64,000 bases of DNA. Origin: Candidatus Daviesbacteria bacterium (GTDB lineage: Bacteria > Patescibacteriota > Microgenomatia > Daviesbacterales > UBA10151). The notes below the pieces were generated by a model. That model did no database searches. It saw only the letters and a list, made by a program, of their open reading frames with translations, and was not told the DNA's origin. A program made the translations under genes and the position numbers. Below are positions 28,272 through 37,289 of the stretch, one piece after another. The stretch lies in assembly GCA_016187025.1 (NCBI GenBank), contig JACPKM010000008.1, positions 1,361 through 65,360 of the forward strand, written 5' to 3'. Numbering within the stretch: position 1 is the first letter of the stretch; each line of letters starts with the position of its first letter.

Positions 28272-29200
28272 CTTTTCTTTACATCATGTTGGCCGAATTG
28301 GCCGCGCATGGCAGAGATAACTTTGTTTCTAAAGCCTTCTGGGGAATCCTCAGGATCATTTCCAGAATTCTCCCTAACTCTGACTGCATCCTCGATGGCC
28401 GGAGTGTTTACCCCTATCTCCTTGGCTACATCCAGTGTCCAATCAGCTTCTCCGGGTACTCTTTTACCAGATCCACCGGATCCAATGCTGGATGATATAT
28501 TGGCAAGCTCCGGATCTTCTTTAAAAGCTTCCCATGCCCATCCTACCAGTCTTGATTCTACAACCGATCTATGCATATAAATATCCAAAAGCTTTATAAA
28601 ATTATATTCAAAAGGTGAGTGCTTTAGAATTGCCAAGCCTTCACCAATCGATTCCATCATGCCGTATTCAATACCATTGTGTACCATTTTGGCAAAGTGA
28701 CCTGCTCCCACAGGGCCCAGATGTTGATATGCATCTGGGGCTGCTACGGCTCTGCAAACTTCTTTAATCCTTTTAAAATCTTCTTCTGACCCGCCAATCA
28801 TTAAACATGCACCAGCTCTTGCTCCCCCTGGGCCTCCCGAAACTCCAATGTCCATAAAGTGCACGAGTGTGGTTTTAACTTTTTCATACCTTCTTAAAGT
28901 ATCTTTATAGAAGGAATTCGCGCCTTCAATGATTAGATCACCTGGTTCTAAAAGAGGTAATAATTTGTTAATAACCTCATCAATTGCTTCACCAGCAGTT
29001 AGCATTAACCAAATAGTCCTAGGAGCTTCTAATTTAGAAACTAAATCTTCAATACTTTCTGCACCGGTTGCACCAGCAACAACTACTTCTTGTATGGGTC
29101 CGGAGGATCTGTTCCATGCTACCACCTCCTGACCTTGTTCAAGAAGCCTTAGCACCATATTTTTGCCCATTCTTCCTAAACCAATATACCCAATCTTCAT
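28268..29200 (-). CDS. gnd: 6-phosphogluconate dehydrogenase (decarboxylating, short form)
   Basis: IGLGRMG, GVSGG and KMVHNGIEYG. Confidence 0.95.
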   Translation of the reverse strand: MKIGYIGLGRMGKNMVLRLLEQGQEVVAWNRSSGPIQEVVVAGATGAESIEDLVSKLEAPRTIWLMLTAGEAIDEVINKLLPLLEPGDLIIEGANSFYKDTLRRYEKVKTTLVHFMDIGVSGGPGGARAGACLMIGGSEEDFKRIKEVCRAVAAPDAYQHLGPVGAGHFAKMVHNGIEYGMMESIGEGLAILKHSPFEYNFIKLLDIYMHRSVVESRLVGWAWEAFKEDPELANISSSIGSGGSGKRVPGEADWTLDVAKEIGVNTPAIEDAVRVRENSGNDPEDSPEGFRNKVISAMRGQFGQHDVKKS

Positions 29201-29244
29201 GTCAACTACATTACAAAAATTTCCGTGGTATTACAAGATAGAAA

Positions 29245-29853
29245 CTAGCTCTCTAATTCAGTATAAACAACCAGTCTTTGAGAATAGTTTCTGGTATTTT
29301 GGTTAAATACACCGTCACATGTTATTAAATTCAGCCTTGGTTTATCAGTACTTGCAAATACTTGCTCCAGAGGCACTTGGTCAAAAGCATAGATTGTTTT
29401 ATTTACTACCACAAAAACTCTTCTATTCCCTTCCTGATCTTCCACAATAACCTGGTCACCTGCAACTAAGCTACTTAAGTAAAAAAACACCGCTGGCGCT
29501 CCAGTGACATCATCAAAATGACCAGCCAAAACTGCACTTCCTTTCTCACCTGGTCTAAACCCCAGTTGATACCAAGCTACATTTGCAGCAACCTTGGGTA
29601 TATCCATCCTTCCTAGGGTATCTTGCCCCACATGCTCAACAGCTGCGTACACATTTAATTTAGGAATTGATACAACTGCAGGAATTATTGCCTGTTGCTG
29701 GGTTTGACTTTGGTTTTCTACTATAGATTCATTAGGTTGGGCCTCAGGAGATGAGTTTAAAAAAGTTGTCTCGTTACCTACAAATAACAGTCCCCCCACT
29801 ATACCTATAACTGCAAATACAGCAACTAAAATTGCGTTTTTAATGTTTTGCAT
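29245..29853 (-). CDS. Class F sortase
   Basis: N-terminal TM, PGEKGSAVLAGHFD, LITC and the catalytic Arg. Confidence 0.9.
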   Translation of the reverse strand: MQNIKNAILVAVFAVIGIVGGLLFVGNETTFLNSSPEAQPNESIVENQSQTQQQAIIPAVVSIPKLNVYAAVEHVGQDTLGRMDIPKVAANVAWYQLGFRPGEKGSAVLAGHFDDVTGAPAVFFYLSSLVAGDQVIVEDQEGNRRVFVVVNKTIYAFDQVPLEQVFASTDKPRLNLITCDGVFNQNTRNYSQRLVVYTELES

Positions 29854-29864
29854 AAACTCATGAA

Positions 29865-29901
29865 TTTGGCGGGCACTGCAATTTTTCAAGCACCCGCCAA
29901 A
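29865..29901 (-). terminator. Hairpin between the substrate and sortase genes
   Basis: GGCGGGUGC/GUGCCCGCC stem on the - strand. Confidence 0.55.
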
Positions 29902-29911
29902 AAATTATCTT

Positions 29912-30121
29912 TTATCCACCCATTCCGGTTGATGGCGCGCCGGTTGGCACATTAGTTGCACCCGGAGTAGTTGTTGGCCTTGGGGTTGTAGTTGCCCTTG
30001 GTGATGCGGTTGGTGATGGACTTGCTGTTGGGCTAGGCGTCACCTGTGCCAAAGCTATTCCCAGTGTTGCTATAAAAGCGGTTGCTAAGGTCCCTGCTGC
30101 AATTAAGCCTTTTTGTAACAT
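29912..30121 (-). CDS. Small secreted Pro/Thr-rich sortase substrate candidate
   Basis: Signal peptide, P/T/S linker, C-terminal VPTGAPSTGMGG; SD AGGAGGTGA. Confidence 0.8.
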   Translation of the reverse strand: MLQKGLIAAGTLATAFIATLGIALAQVTPSPTASPSPTASPRATTTPRPTTTPGATNVPTGAPSTGMGG

Positions 30122-30251
30122 TTATTTATCACCTCCTTTTCGTAGGTAGTCTTAGATTCTATTCGATAGAGGTTATAGTAGTTTAAAAAGGCAGTAAGAT
30201 TTTGATAATAATTAATGCAAGTATTCTTACACGATTATTACTCAATGTTTA

Positions 30252-32450
30252 CTAGATCCGGGAGCCATGACCAGAATTATCCTCTCTGTTTTTACGGCCG
30301 TTTCCTTTTCTTTTGTCATCTCTCTCGTCTGAAAAGCTATCAGGAGTTTGACTATTTAATTGCGGATTAGTACTACCTGCTGGTTTTGGGGAAGGGCTCG
30401 GTCCAATTGAAAAGTTGCAATACCCAGTTGGTTCGGTACCTGGCAAGAAATATTCTATACTTGCTGAAGGTGTAGCAGTATTTTGACATACAGCAAGCTT
30501 AACAAGTCCTGATGGCGGGGTGAACACTTCTTTTGGTAATTCTTTTGCAAACTTTTCCATTAAATCTTTCCAAATTGGGGCTGCTCCTAGAGAACCGGCA
30601 ATTCCGCTCATAGGCCTATTATCGTTGTTACCTACCCATACCCCTACAACTACATTTGGCAAGTAACCGATAGTCCAAGCATCCTTATAATCCTCAGTAG
30701 TTCCAGTTTTAACTGCTGCTGGGAAAGATGAATCCAGTGAATTTCCAAATATTTCCTTTCTTGCTTTGGAATCAGAAAGTATGGAGGATACTATAAAAGC
30801 TGGTTGGGCATCTACTACTTTTACCGGATCCTTCTCAGATTTAAAAATAAGTTTTTCCCCTTTATCTTCAATCCTTAAAATTAGTACTGGATCATTTCTA
30901 ACTCCTTGGTTTGCCAAAACTGCATAAGCATCCACCATATCCAAAAGCCTAACCTCAGCTGTACCAAGTATGAGAGATAATCCATAATTTGATGGGTCTT
31001 TTAAGCTTGTTATCCCCATTTTTTTAGCCATTTCTATACCATTTTCGACTCCCACTTTTTCCATAACCTCAACTGAGGGCACATTCAAAGAGTTTGCCAA
31101 AGCTCTCCTTGGCAAAACTGGCCCCCTGAATTTTCGGTCATAGTTTTGTGGCCTGTAATATGCATTTGGATCCTGTCCTAGGGCAGTCAGCGCTGCTTCC
31201 CTAGTAGGATATGAAGACATCAGCTTTTTCTCATCAAAGTTATTAAAGGTCCTTGGCTCATCTCTTAATATTGTAGAGGAGGAAATTAATTTATTGTCAA
31301 ATGCAGCCAAATAAATAATTGGCTTAAAAGCAGAACCAGAAGGCCGCAGGGATGTGGCAACATTAACCTTACCAAACTTATCATCATACCAATCCTTACT
31401 GCCAACCAACACCCTTACCTCACCTGTTTTAGGGTCCATAACAACTGCAGATCCATTGCTGACATTTTGACTTTTTAATAGAGTTACCTGTGAAGCAACA
31501 ACTTCTTCCGCATATTTTTGCCACTCTAAATCAAGGGTTGTATAAACTTTAAATCCGGATCTTGCCACTCTCTCCTCGCCATACTTTTTAACCAGCTCAT
31601 CTCTTACCAGTAATGCAAAATGCGTAGCAGTGGTATTTATATCTTTTTCTGAGGGTACAAGCACGATTTTTTCCCGTTTTGCCCTATCCCTTTCATCGGC
31701 TGGAATATAGCCTTGCTCATACATCCTATCTAGGATGATTTCCTGCCTTTTCTTGGCTTCTTGATAGCCATCAGTAAAAGGATTAAGAGATGAGGGTGAA
31801 GGAAGTAGAGCTGCTATCAATGCTGATTCTGCTAAAGTAAGGTTGTTCACGCCCTTACCAAAATAGGTTTTGGCTGCAGCATCGACTCCGAATGATCCCA
31901 TACCAAAATAGACAGATTTTAAATACATTTCCAGCACTTCATTTTTCTCATACCTGCGGTTAATTTCTTGTGCCAGAACAATTTCCTGGTATTTTCTGAT
32001 AAAGTCTTTTTTAGGTGAAAGTAGTGAGTTTTTAACCAGTTGCTGTGTAATGGTAGATCCACCGTAGTTTATATCTCCGGTTTGAATATTTGCGAAAGCA
32101 GATCGGATAATGGATTTAATAGAAAAACCTGGATGTTTATAAAAATCTTTATCTTCTATGGCAATAATTGCCTGCTGTGTATGCTTGGGAATCATATCAA
32201 GGCTAATATCATCCCTTACTCTCCCTTGATAAAAGGTAAAAAAAGGCTTTCCGGTGCGGTCATAAAGCACTACTCCGGTGTTGTTTTTGTTCATAATAGA
32301 TTTCTTGCTTTGAAGAGTTTGAGCAAAGTAAGCATAGGTAATAATTGGTACAAATGAGAAAAGAAGAATTATGGATACGAATAAAATAAATAATTGGTGT
32401 CTAAATTGGGCAAATAGTACTTTCCTTCCTAATAGTCCTGCAAATTTCAT
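30252..32450 (-). CDS. Class A penicillin-binding protein (transglycosylase/transpeptidase)
   Basis: EDKDFYKH, GGSTITQQLVKN, SAFK, SLN and KTGT. Confidence 0.95.
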   Translation of the reverse strand: MKFAGLLGRKVLFAQFRHQLFILFVSIILLFSFVPIITYAYFAQTLQSKKSIMNKNNTGVVLYDRTGKPFFTFYQGRVRDDISLDMIPKHTQQAIIAIEDKDFYKHPGFSIKSIIRSAFANIQTGDINYGGSTITQQLVKNSLLSPKKDFIRKYQEIVLAQEINRRYEKNEVLEMYLKSVYFGMGSFGVDAAAKTYFGKGVNNLTLAESALIAALLPSPSSLNPFTDGYQEAKKRQEIILDRMYEQGYIPADERDRAKREKIVLVPSEKDINTTATHFALLVRDELVKKYGEERVARSGFKVYTTLDLEWQKYAEEVVASQVTLLKSQNVSNGSAVVMDPKTGEVRVLVGSKDWYDDKFGKVNVATSLRPSGSAFKPIIYLAAFDNKLISSSTILRDEPRTFNNFDEKKLMSSYPTREAALTALGQDPNAYYRPQNYDRKFRGPVLPRRALANSLNVPSVEVMEKVGVENGIEMAKKMGITSLKDPSNYGLSLILGTAEVRLLDMVDAYAVLANQGVRNDPVLILRIEDKGEKLIFKSEKDPVKVVDAQPAFIVSSILSDSKARKEIFGNSLDSSFPAAVKTGTTEDYKDAWTIGYLPNVVVGVWVGNNDNRPMSGIAGSLGAAPIWKDLMEKFAKELPKEVFTPPSGLVKLAVCQNTATPSASIEYFLPGTEPTGYCNFSIGPSPSPKPAGSTNPQLNSQTPDSFSDERDDKRKGNGRKNREDNSGHGSRI

Positions 32451-32523
32451 TCCTTCATTTTAAAGCAGCCACATGCAATTTTTGTAAGAAAAAAAGAATA
32501 GTCGTGTAAATAACATCACCTCC

Positions 32524-33594
32524 TTAATTTGAGTATTTCCAAGTTAGATATTTTGCCTCTAGCTGAAGTTTGGTTAAATTTACCGGCTCCAGTCCTGCTA
32601 CTCTTTCAAAACCTAAATCCAAAAGCCTGGCTGTCCATAGATCCCTTTCATACACTCCAGGCGCACCCAGCAAAACAGCAAATAGCTTCTTTTCAGCCCT
32701 TTGGGATACAACTGTAGTAGTATAGCCTGCATCAGTTGTATTGCCAATCTTAATTCCATTTACCCCGGGATAAACCCCAAGCAATCCGTTCCAGTTATTC
32801 AAATAAAACCTATTTTCATAAGCTGTATTGAAATCCTCATATTCCTTTGCCACAACTTCCGATATATATGGGTATTTTTCTAAGGCATAATTTGCAAGTA
32901 TTGCCAAATCCTCAACACTACTATAGTGATTTTTGTTATCAAATCCCTGGGGATTAGTAAAATGAGTGTTTTTGAGTCCTAGAAATTTTGCTTTTTCATT
33001 CATTGCCTTAATAAAGATATAGTCTCCATACATTTGATCAATGCCTTCTTTGATGACCTCAGCACTATCATTTGCGGAAGATAAAAGCAGAGATTTTAGT
33101 AAAAGTTCCATGTTTACTCTCTCACCTGGTCTAAGCATTATTTTAGTGGGCACCATCCCAGATGCTCTGGCAGAAACCGTAAACTCCTGATTTAATGGAG
33201 CCAGATCTAAGGCAACAACCGCAGTCATAATTTTTGTTATGGAGGCAATAGGCATTTTTTTTGAAAAGTTTTTTTCAGCAATTACCTCACCACTATCCAG
33301 ATCCACCACAGCATAAGCTGAAGCCTGATCATATTCTGCTCCTGCCCTGGTCTCGGAAACAAAACCAGACGATTGCTTTTTTAGCTTAAACTCACTGGCT
33401 GAAATTGTTTCTAACTTTGGCCTGATCTGATCGAAAATATCTATTCTTGACGGAAGGGGACTAACTATTTTCAACTGGTTTCCTATTCCTAGCTTAGGAA
33501 GTGTCACCATTAAAAACACCAGCAAAAAACTAATAACAAAGATTTGCCACCTTCGAATCCCGTGTTTGATAAAATCGGCCACCATCTGATTCAT
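32524..33594 (-). CDS. D-alanyl-D-alanine carboxypeptidase (peptidase S11)
   Basis: SITK, SAN and KIG motifs. Confidence 0.9.
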   Translation of the reverse strand: MNQMVADFIKHGIRRWQIFVISFLLVFLMVTLPKLGIGNQLKIVSPLPSRIDIFDQIRPKLETISASEFKLKKQSSGFVSETRAGAEYDQASAYAVVDLDSGEVIAEKNFSKKMPIASITKIMTAVVALDLAPLNQEFTVSARASGMVPTKIMLRPGERVNMELLLKSLLLSSANDSAEVIKEGIDQMYGDYIFIKAMNEKAKFLGLKNTHFTNPQGFDNKNHYSSVEDLAILANYALEKYPYISEVVAKEYEDFNTAYENRFYLNNWNGLLGVYPGVNGIKIGNTTDAGYTTTVVSQRAEKKLFAVLLGAPGVYERDLWTARLLDLGFERVAGLEPVNLTKLQLEAKYLTWKYSN

Positions 33595-33598
33595 AAAA

Positions 33599-35086
33599 TT
33601 AATTAGAATATTTGAAAGCTAAACTGGCTACTTTCCATCCGTTTCTGTCTGGATTGACAGGAACCCGGGCTGAAACAAAGTTTCCCTGGCTGGCTAAATT
33701 TGCAATATTATTATCTTTGAAAAATGCTGCCAGAATTTTGGCTGCAACCTCGGGAGTTGATGCAAGCTCAGGGTTTTCAGCCAGCTTATCACCCATACCA
33801 ATCCTTTCTCCCACCAACCGGTAGTTTCTTAAATGGGTTAACTGGATAAACCCTCTGCCAAAATAAAAGCTACCTCCTTCATACCCTAATCTTCGGGCAT
33901 GTAGCTTTCCTTGAATCTCATCTATTGGCTCAAATGTTTCATCGGTTTCATGCTCAACTGTTGCCAGGGTATATGCTAAAACATTGGAATCCAAAATTCC
34001 CTCTTGCTCCAATGCCTTACCTATTATCGGGATATTTCTTCTGGCAGCTTCTCTCCCTTTTTCAGGAACATATGCTGCCAATCTTTCAACAGCCTCACTG
34101 TCTAAAAATACATGCGCAGGTTCGCTGCGACTATCCTCTGTTATTTGCGTTCCTGGAACATATAAAGGGTATCTATCACCGTTTCCATACCAAGCACGTT
34201 CCATAACTAGCTTTTCTGAAGGAACTTTTTGTGAAAAATTATTTATATATGATGAAACCTTTTTCCAGTAACTGCCTTCCTCCGACCCATATACAGGCCT
34301 TGTAGGATTGCCGTCTTTGAATTCCGGCGCAGCAAAACTATCTGCTACCATAAATATTTTGTCGGAAACTGTTGATAAAGCGAAAAGATCAAACCCCTCA
34401 GAATCAGAGGAGCGGATTGCGACTGCCACTATAGAGTCTGCTACCTCCTGATGAATTCTTTGGGTAAATGTGTCAACAAAAAGATTAAATTTTTGCTGAT
34501 AACCGCTATCAAAACCATCTCTAGGTTCAAAATCAACAACTACACCATCAATTCCCAAACCTTTAATCTCATCTACGGATTGTGAAATCAACTGTTCTTG
34601 AGATTGGGGGTTATCTAGAATTGACTCAATATAATCTTTGTTAAATTGGCTCAAAGTTATCAAAACCTTGGTATTAAAATAATGGGCATGCGTAATTAAG
34701 CTTTGGGCCTCATCTTCTCTTATGGTCTGGTAACCCCAGCTGCCGGTATTTATACTCCCATCTTCAAGAACCGGAAAATCAAAATAGGCTATTGCAGAAA
34801 GATTTTCTAAATCTATATATTTGAATCTATTTGGGGCTTGACCGGGTATAAAGCTAAAGTTTTCTGGTGTAGTTTTAACAGATGTGACATTGGAAATTGA
34901 ATTTAGTGATGCTACCAATGGAGAGATAAATCTTTTGGCTGGTTGAACTCCACTTATTAAAACTAGGGCAATAAGTACTAGATCCGCAACTGCTGCTAGA
35001 AAGTATTGCCGTTGCCGGGAGTTTAACCGGCTAAAAAAACCTTCCTTCAGATGATTGTGAAACCCATTCGGCAGAAATAGTTGCAT
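33599..35086 (-). CDS. Membrane-anchored GH18-like plus GH19/lysozyme-like fusion
   Basis: DGVVVDFE (GH18-like); HET...GRGFIQLT...NY...ENPEL (GH19). Confidence 0.8.
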   Translation of the reverse strand: MQLFLPNGFHNHLKEGFFSRLNSRQRQYFLAAVADLVLIALVLISGVQPAKRFISPLVASLNSISNVTSVKTTPENFSFIPGQAPNRFKYIDLENLSAIAYFDFPVLEDGSINTGSWGYQTIREDEAQSLITHAHYFNTKVLITLSQFNKDYIESILDNPQSQEQLISQSVDEIKGLGIDGVVVDFEPRDGFDSGYQQKFNLFVDTFTQRIHQEVADSIVAVAIRSSDSEGFDLFALSTVSDKIFMVADSFAAPEFKDGNPTRPVYGSEEGSYWKKVSSYINNFSQKVPSEKLVMERAWYGNGDRYPLYVPGTQITEDSRSEPAHVFLDSEAVERLAAYVPEKGREAARRNIPIIGKALEQEGILDSNVLAYTLATVEHETDETFEPIDEIQGKLHARRLGYEGGSFYFGRGFIQLTHLRNYRLVGERIGMGDKLAENPELASTPEVAAKILAAFFKDNNIANLASQGNFVSARVPVNPDRNGWKVASLAFKYSN

Positions 35087-35089
35087 AGA

Positions 35090-35181
35090 GCAGCCTTAAG
35101 AGGTTTTTTGGGGGGATGAACTTAAAAAACCTAGCTCAAGTCTGCGGTGCAAACTTTAACAGAATGTAAATTTATTGTCAA
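35090..35181 (-). promoter_or_regulatory. Promoter plus 5'UTR hairpin of the GH18-GH19/dac unit
   Basis: TTGACA-17-TAAAGT; the leader 35145-35090 folds into a long stem ending 3 nt before the ATG. Confidence 0.6.
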
Positions 35182-35230
35182 ATTTTTGTAAGCCTTATCT
35201 GGGGCCTTTTGTCAGAAGTTTGTAAGTGGT

Positions 35231-35455
35231 TTATACATTAACTGTACTTATTGTATCAAATTCTTCTTCTATAACCTCTGGTATATTTGGCGTTGTTGAA
35301 TAATTTTTAAAAAGTGGCGCTCCCACCCTAATAAACCATATTCCTATAATTGCTAAAATTAACATTCCAAGCAAAAAAATCATTAATATCTTTTGATCAA
35401 TATCTTCTTTTTTTATTACTTGGGTATGGATAGAGCCAGCAGTTATTGTACTCAT
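35231..35455 (-). CDS. Small single-TM protein
   Basis: ORF track; one TM helix. Confidence 0.7.
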   Translation of the reverse strand: MSTITAGSIHTQVIKKEDIDQKILMIFLLGMLILAIIGIWFIRVGAPLFKNYSTTPNIPEVIEEEFDTISTVNV

Positions 35456-35598
35456 ACTACTTTTATTCTCCCACCAGAAATTATAGCTTGGCTTGTTATA
35501 GCATTCGATAAAATATTTGCCAGTGTAATAGGGCTTTTTTTACCATCTTTTTTAAGTTTTTCAATAAAGCTTTTTTTATGTCTTAGTATTTTTAGCAT
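35452..35598 (-). CDS. Putative 48-aa basic micro-protein
   Basis: MLKILRHKKSFIEKLKKDGKKSPITLANILSNAITSQAIISGGRIKVV; ATGA overlap with the next gene. Confidence 0.6.
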   Translation of the reverse strand: MLKILRHKKSFIEKLKKDGKKSPITLANILSNAITSQAIISGGRIKVV

Positions 35599-35607
35599 AA
35601 GTATATA

Positions 35608-35862
35608 TTAATATTTTGGCAAAATTGCTCTTGATAAAAATAGCAGTCCTGCTGCGCCAATCATGCCTATGGCAAATGATGCAAAGTTAATACCTAACAA
35701 ATCAACACCAAAGATAATATTTCCTAAAAAACCCCCTGCAAATGCCCCTAAAACTCCTAAAATAATTGCCCCTAGTGCACCTCCACTAGATGGTTGTGGA
35801 TCAATAATGTGAGAGATAAGCCCAATTATAGTCCCAAATATAATTACTACTAACAGATTCAT
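35608..35862 (-). CDS. GlsB/YeaQ/YmgE-family (transglycosylase-associated) stress membrane protein
   Basis: IILGVLGAFAGGFLG; three TM segments. Confidence 0.9.
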   Translation of the reverse strand: MNLLVVIIFGTIIGLISHIIDPQPSSGGALGAIILGVLGAFAGGFLGNIIFGVDLLGINFASFAIGMIGAAGLLFLSRAILPKY

Positions 35863-35927
35863 TAAATAAAATTTTAGAGCGAAAAAATTATAAAAATAGT
35901 AGATTTAAGTAAGAAGTTAGTAATACC

Positions 35928-37259
35928 CTAAAGCAAGCTCCCGTTTTTGACGCTTAGACAGTCCAGTAAAGCTGCTGCTGACCACGCTTGGTATTTGCAG
36001 CTTGTTTGCCCTGTAGTTGAAAGGTATTCGCAAAACCCATCTTCATTTTTAATATATACCTCAATTGGACAGTTAAAAAAAGTTATGGGGATAAGTGTGG
36101 CTTCTTTTAACAAGCGGGCTTGAGCAAAAAAGCCAAAATTTTCCAATCCTTCAATTACCATGCCATTCAGCACCGGCCAAAAACTGCCATTATGATAGGA
36201 ATCTTTATTGGGATTAAAGGTAGCAGCTTCAGAGCTCATTGTCCTTATTCCTGCATCAGATACAAACAAATCCGCCATAAATGCTCTCTGGACAAAATCA
36301 TTAATATATTTTTTATCTAAAATGCACTCTACCTGATTTCCATTTATGTATGCAGCCCACAAGCAAAGCATTGGGTTTCCTGTAACTGTTTTAATCTGTT
36401 TGTTTCTTCCATCAAGAGCCTGTGCACCATAAAATAAACCTATATCCCTTAATATAAATTCTTTATTAAACCTGGTTTTTAACTTGCCCGCTTGAGAATA
36501 AATCTTGCTTGCAAATTCGGGGTGAGACAGTGTAAAAAAGTCCCCCCAAAGCATTAAAGCAAGCCATGTATAGCTTTGTGCCTCAATTGGAGCAATCGGA
36601 TACTCAGGCATATTACCATTTACATCAGCAATTGACTCAACTGAATCAGTCCAGGACTGAACTCTCAGTCCTCCGAATTTTCTAATTGCCGGAAAGTCAT
36701 ATTCAACAAAAAGATCTTTATCCATATCCCCATAAGAAATGATCCAATTCAACCCCTCCTCAACAGAGGGAAGAACTGACTCTAAAAAAAGACGGTCTTT
36801 GGTAATTTGGTAGTATTTATAAATTGCAATCAAAGTCAAGGGAGTTGAGTCTATTGAATCATAGTTTTTTAATATTCCCTCTGAGTGAATAAACCAGGGT
36901 GTATCAGACTTTAAGAACCTTTCCAGCTGTTTGGGGTCTTTTCGGAATTCATGAATAAATTTACCCGGTTGCTCACCTGTATCTATGTGGAACTCTTTGC
37001 CTTGTAAAGAAACTAAAGTTAATAAAGCTTTCCGGCAAATGTCCAGCAAATTCAGGGTTGAGTCAGATTGAACCGCTCTTAATATTTTTAAAATTGTGAT
37101 AGCACTATCCCGTCCGAATATACACCCATAAACCTCATCTTTACTGGAAGCGTTAATTCCTTCATCCGTAGAAAGCTCTAAAATTGAGCGGTAGGCAAGG
37201 TCGCGGAGATACGAATTGCGGTTGGGCAGAGTATCGTTCATGTTTTGAAAAGATACCAC
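35928..37259 (-). CDS. Amylo-alpha-1,6-glucosidase-like (alpha/alpha)6 glycoside hydrolase
   Basis: FGRDS, EQPGKFIHE, DSTPL, SYHNGSFWP and QAWSAAA. Confidence 0.85.
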   Translation of the reverse strand: MVSFQNMNDTLPNRNSYLRDLAYRSILELSTDEGINASSKDEVYGCIFGRDSAITILKILRAVQSDSTLNLLDICRKALLTLVSLQGKEFHIDTGEQPGKFIHEFRKDPKQLERFLKSDTPWFIHSEGILKNYDSIDSTPLTLIAIYKYYQITKDRLFLESVLPSVEEGLNWIISYGDMDKDLFVEYDFPAIRKFGGLRVQSWTDSVESIADVNGNMPEYPIAPIEAQSYTWLALMLWGDFFTLSHPEFASKIYSQAGKLKTRFNKEFILRDIGLFYGAQALDGRNKQIKTVTGNPMLCLWAAYINGNQVECILDKKYINDFVQRAFMADLFVSDAGIRTMSSEAATFNPNKDSYHNGSFWPVLNGMVIEGLENFGFFAQARLLKEATLIPITFFNCPIEVYIKNEDGFCEYLSTTGQTSCKYQAWSAAALLDCLSVKNGSLL

Positions 37260-37289
37260 ATCTGATTAATTAGTCAAGGACCCAAATTA

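Noticed and set aside
32515-32526. Perfect SD (AAGGAGGTGA) just after the dac stop codon
   Set aside because: No suitably spaced start of a credible ORF and it is too far from the PBP start; function cannot be supported.
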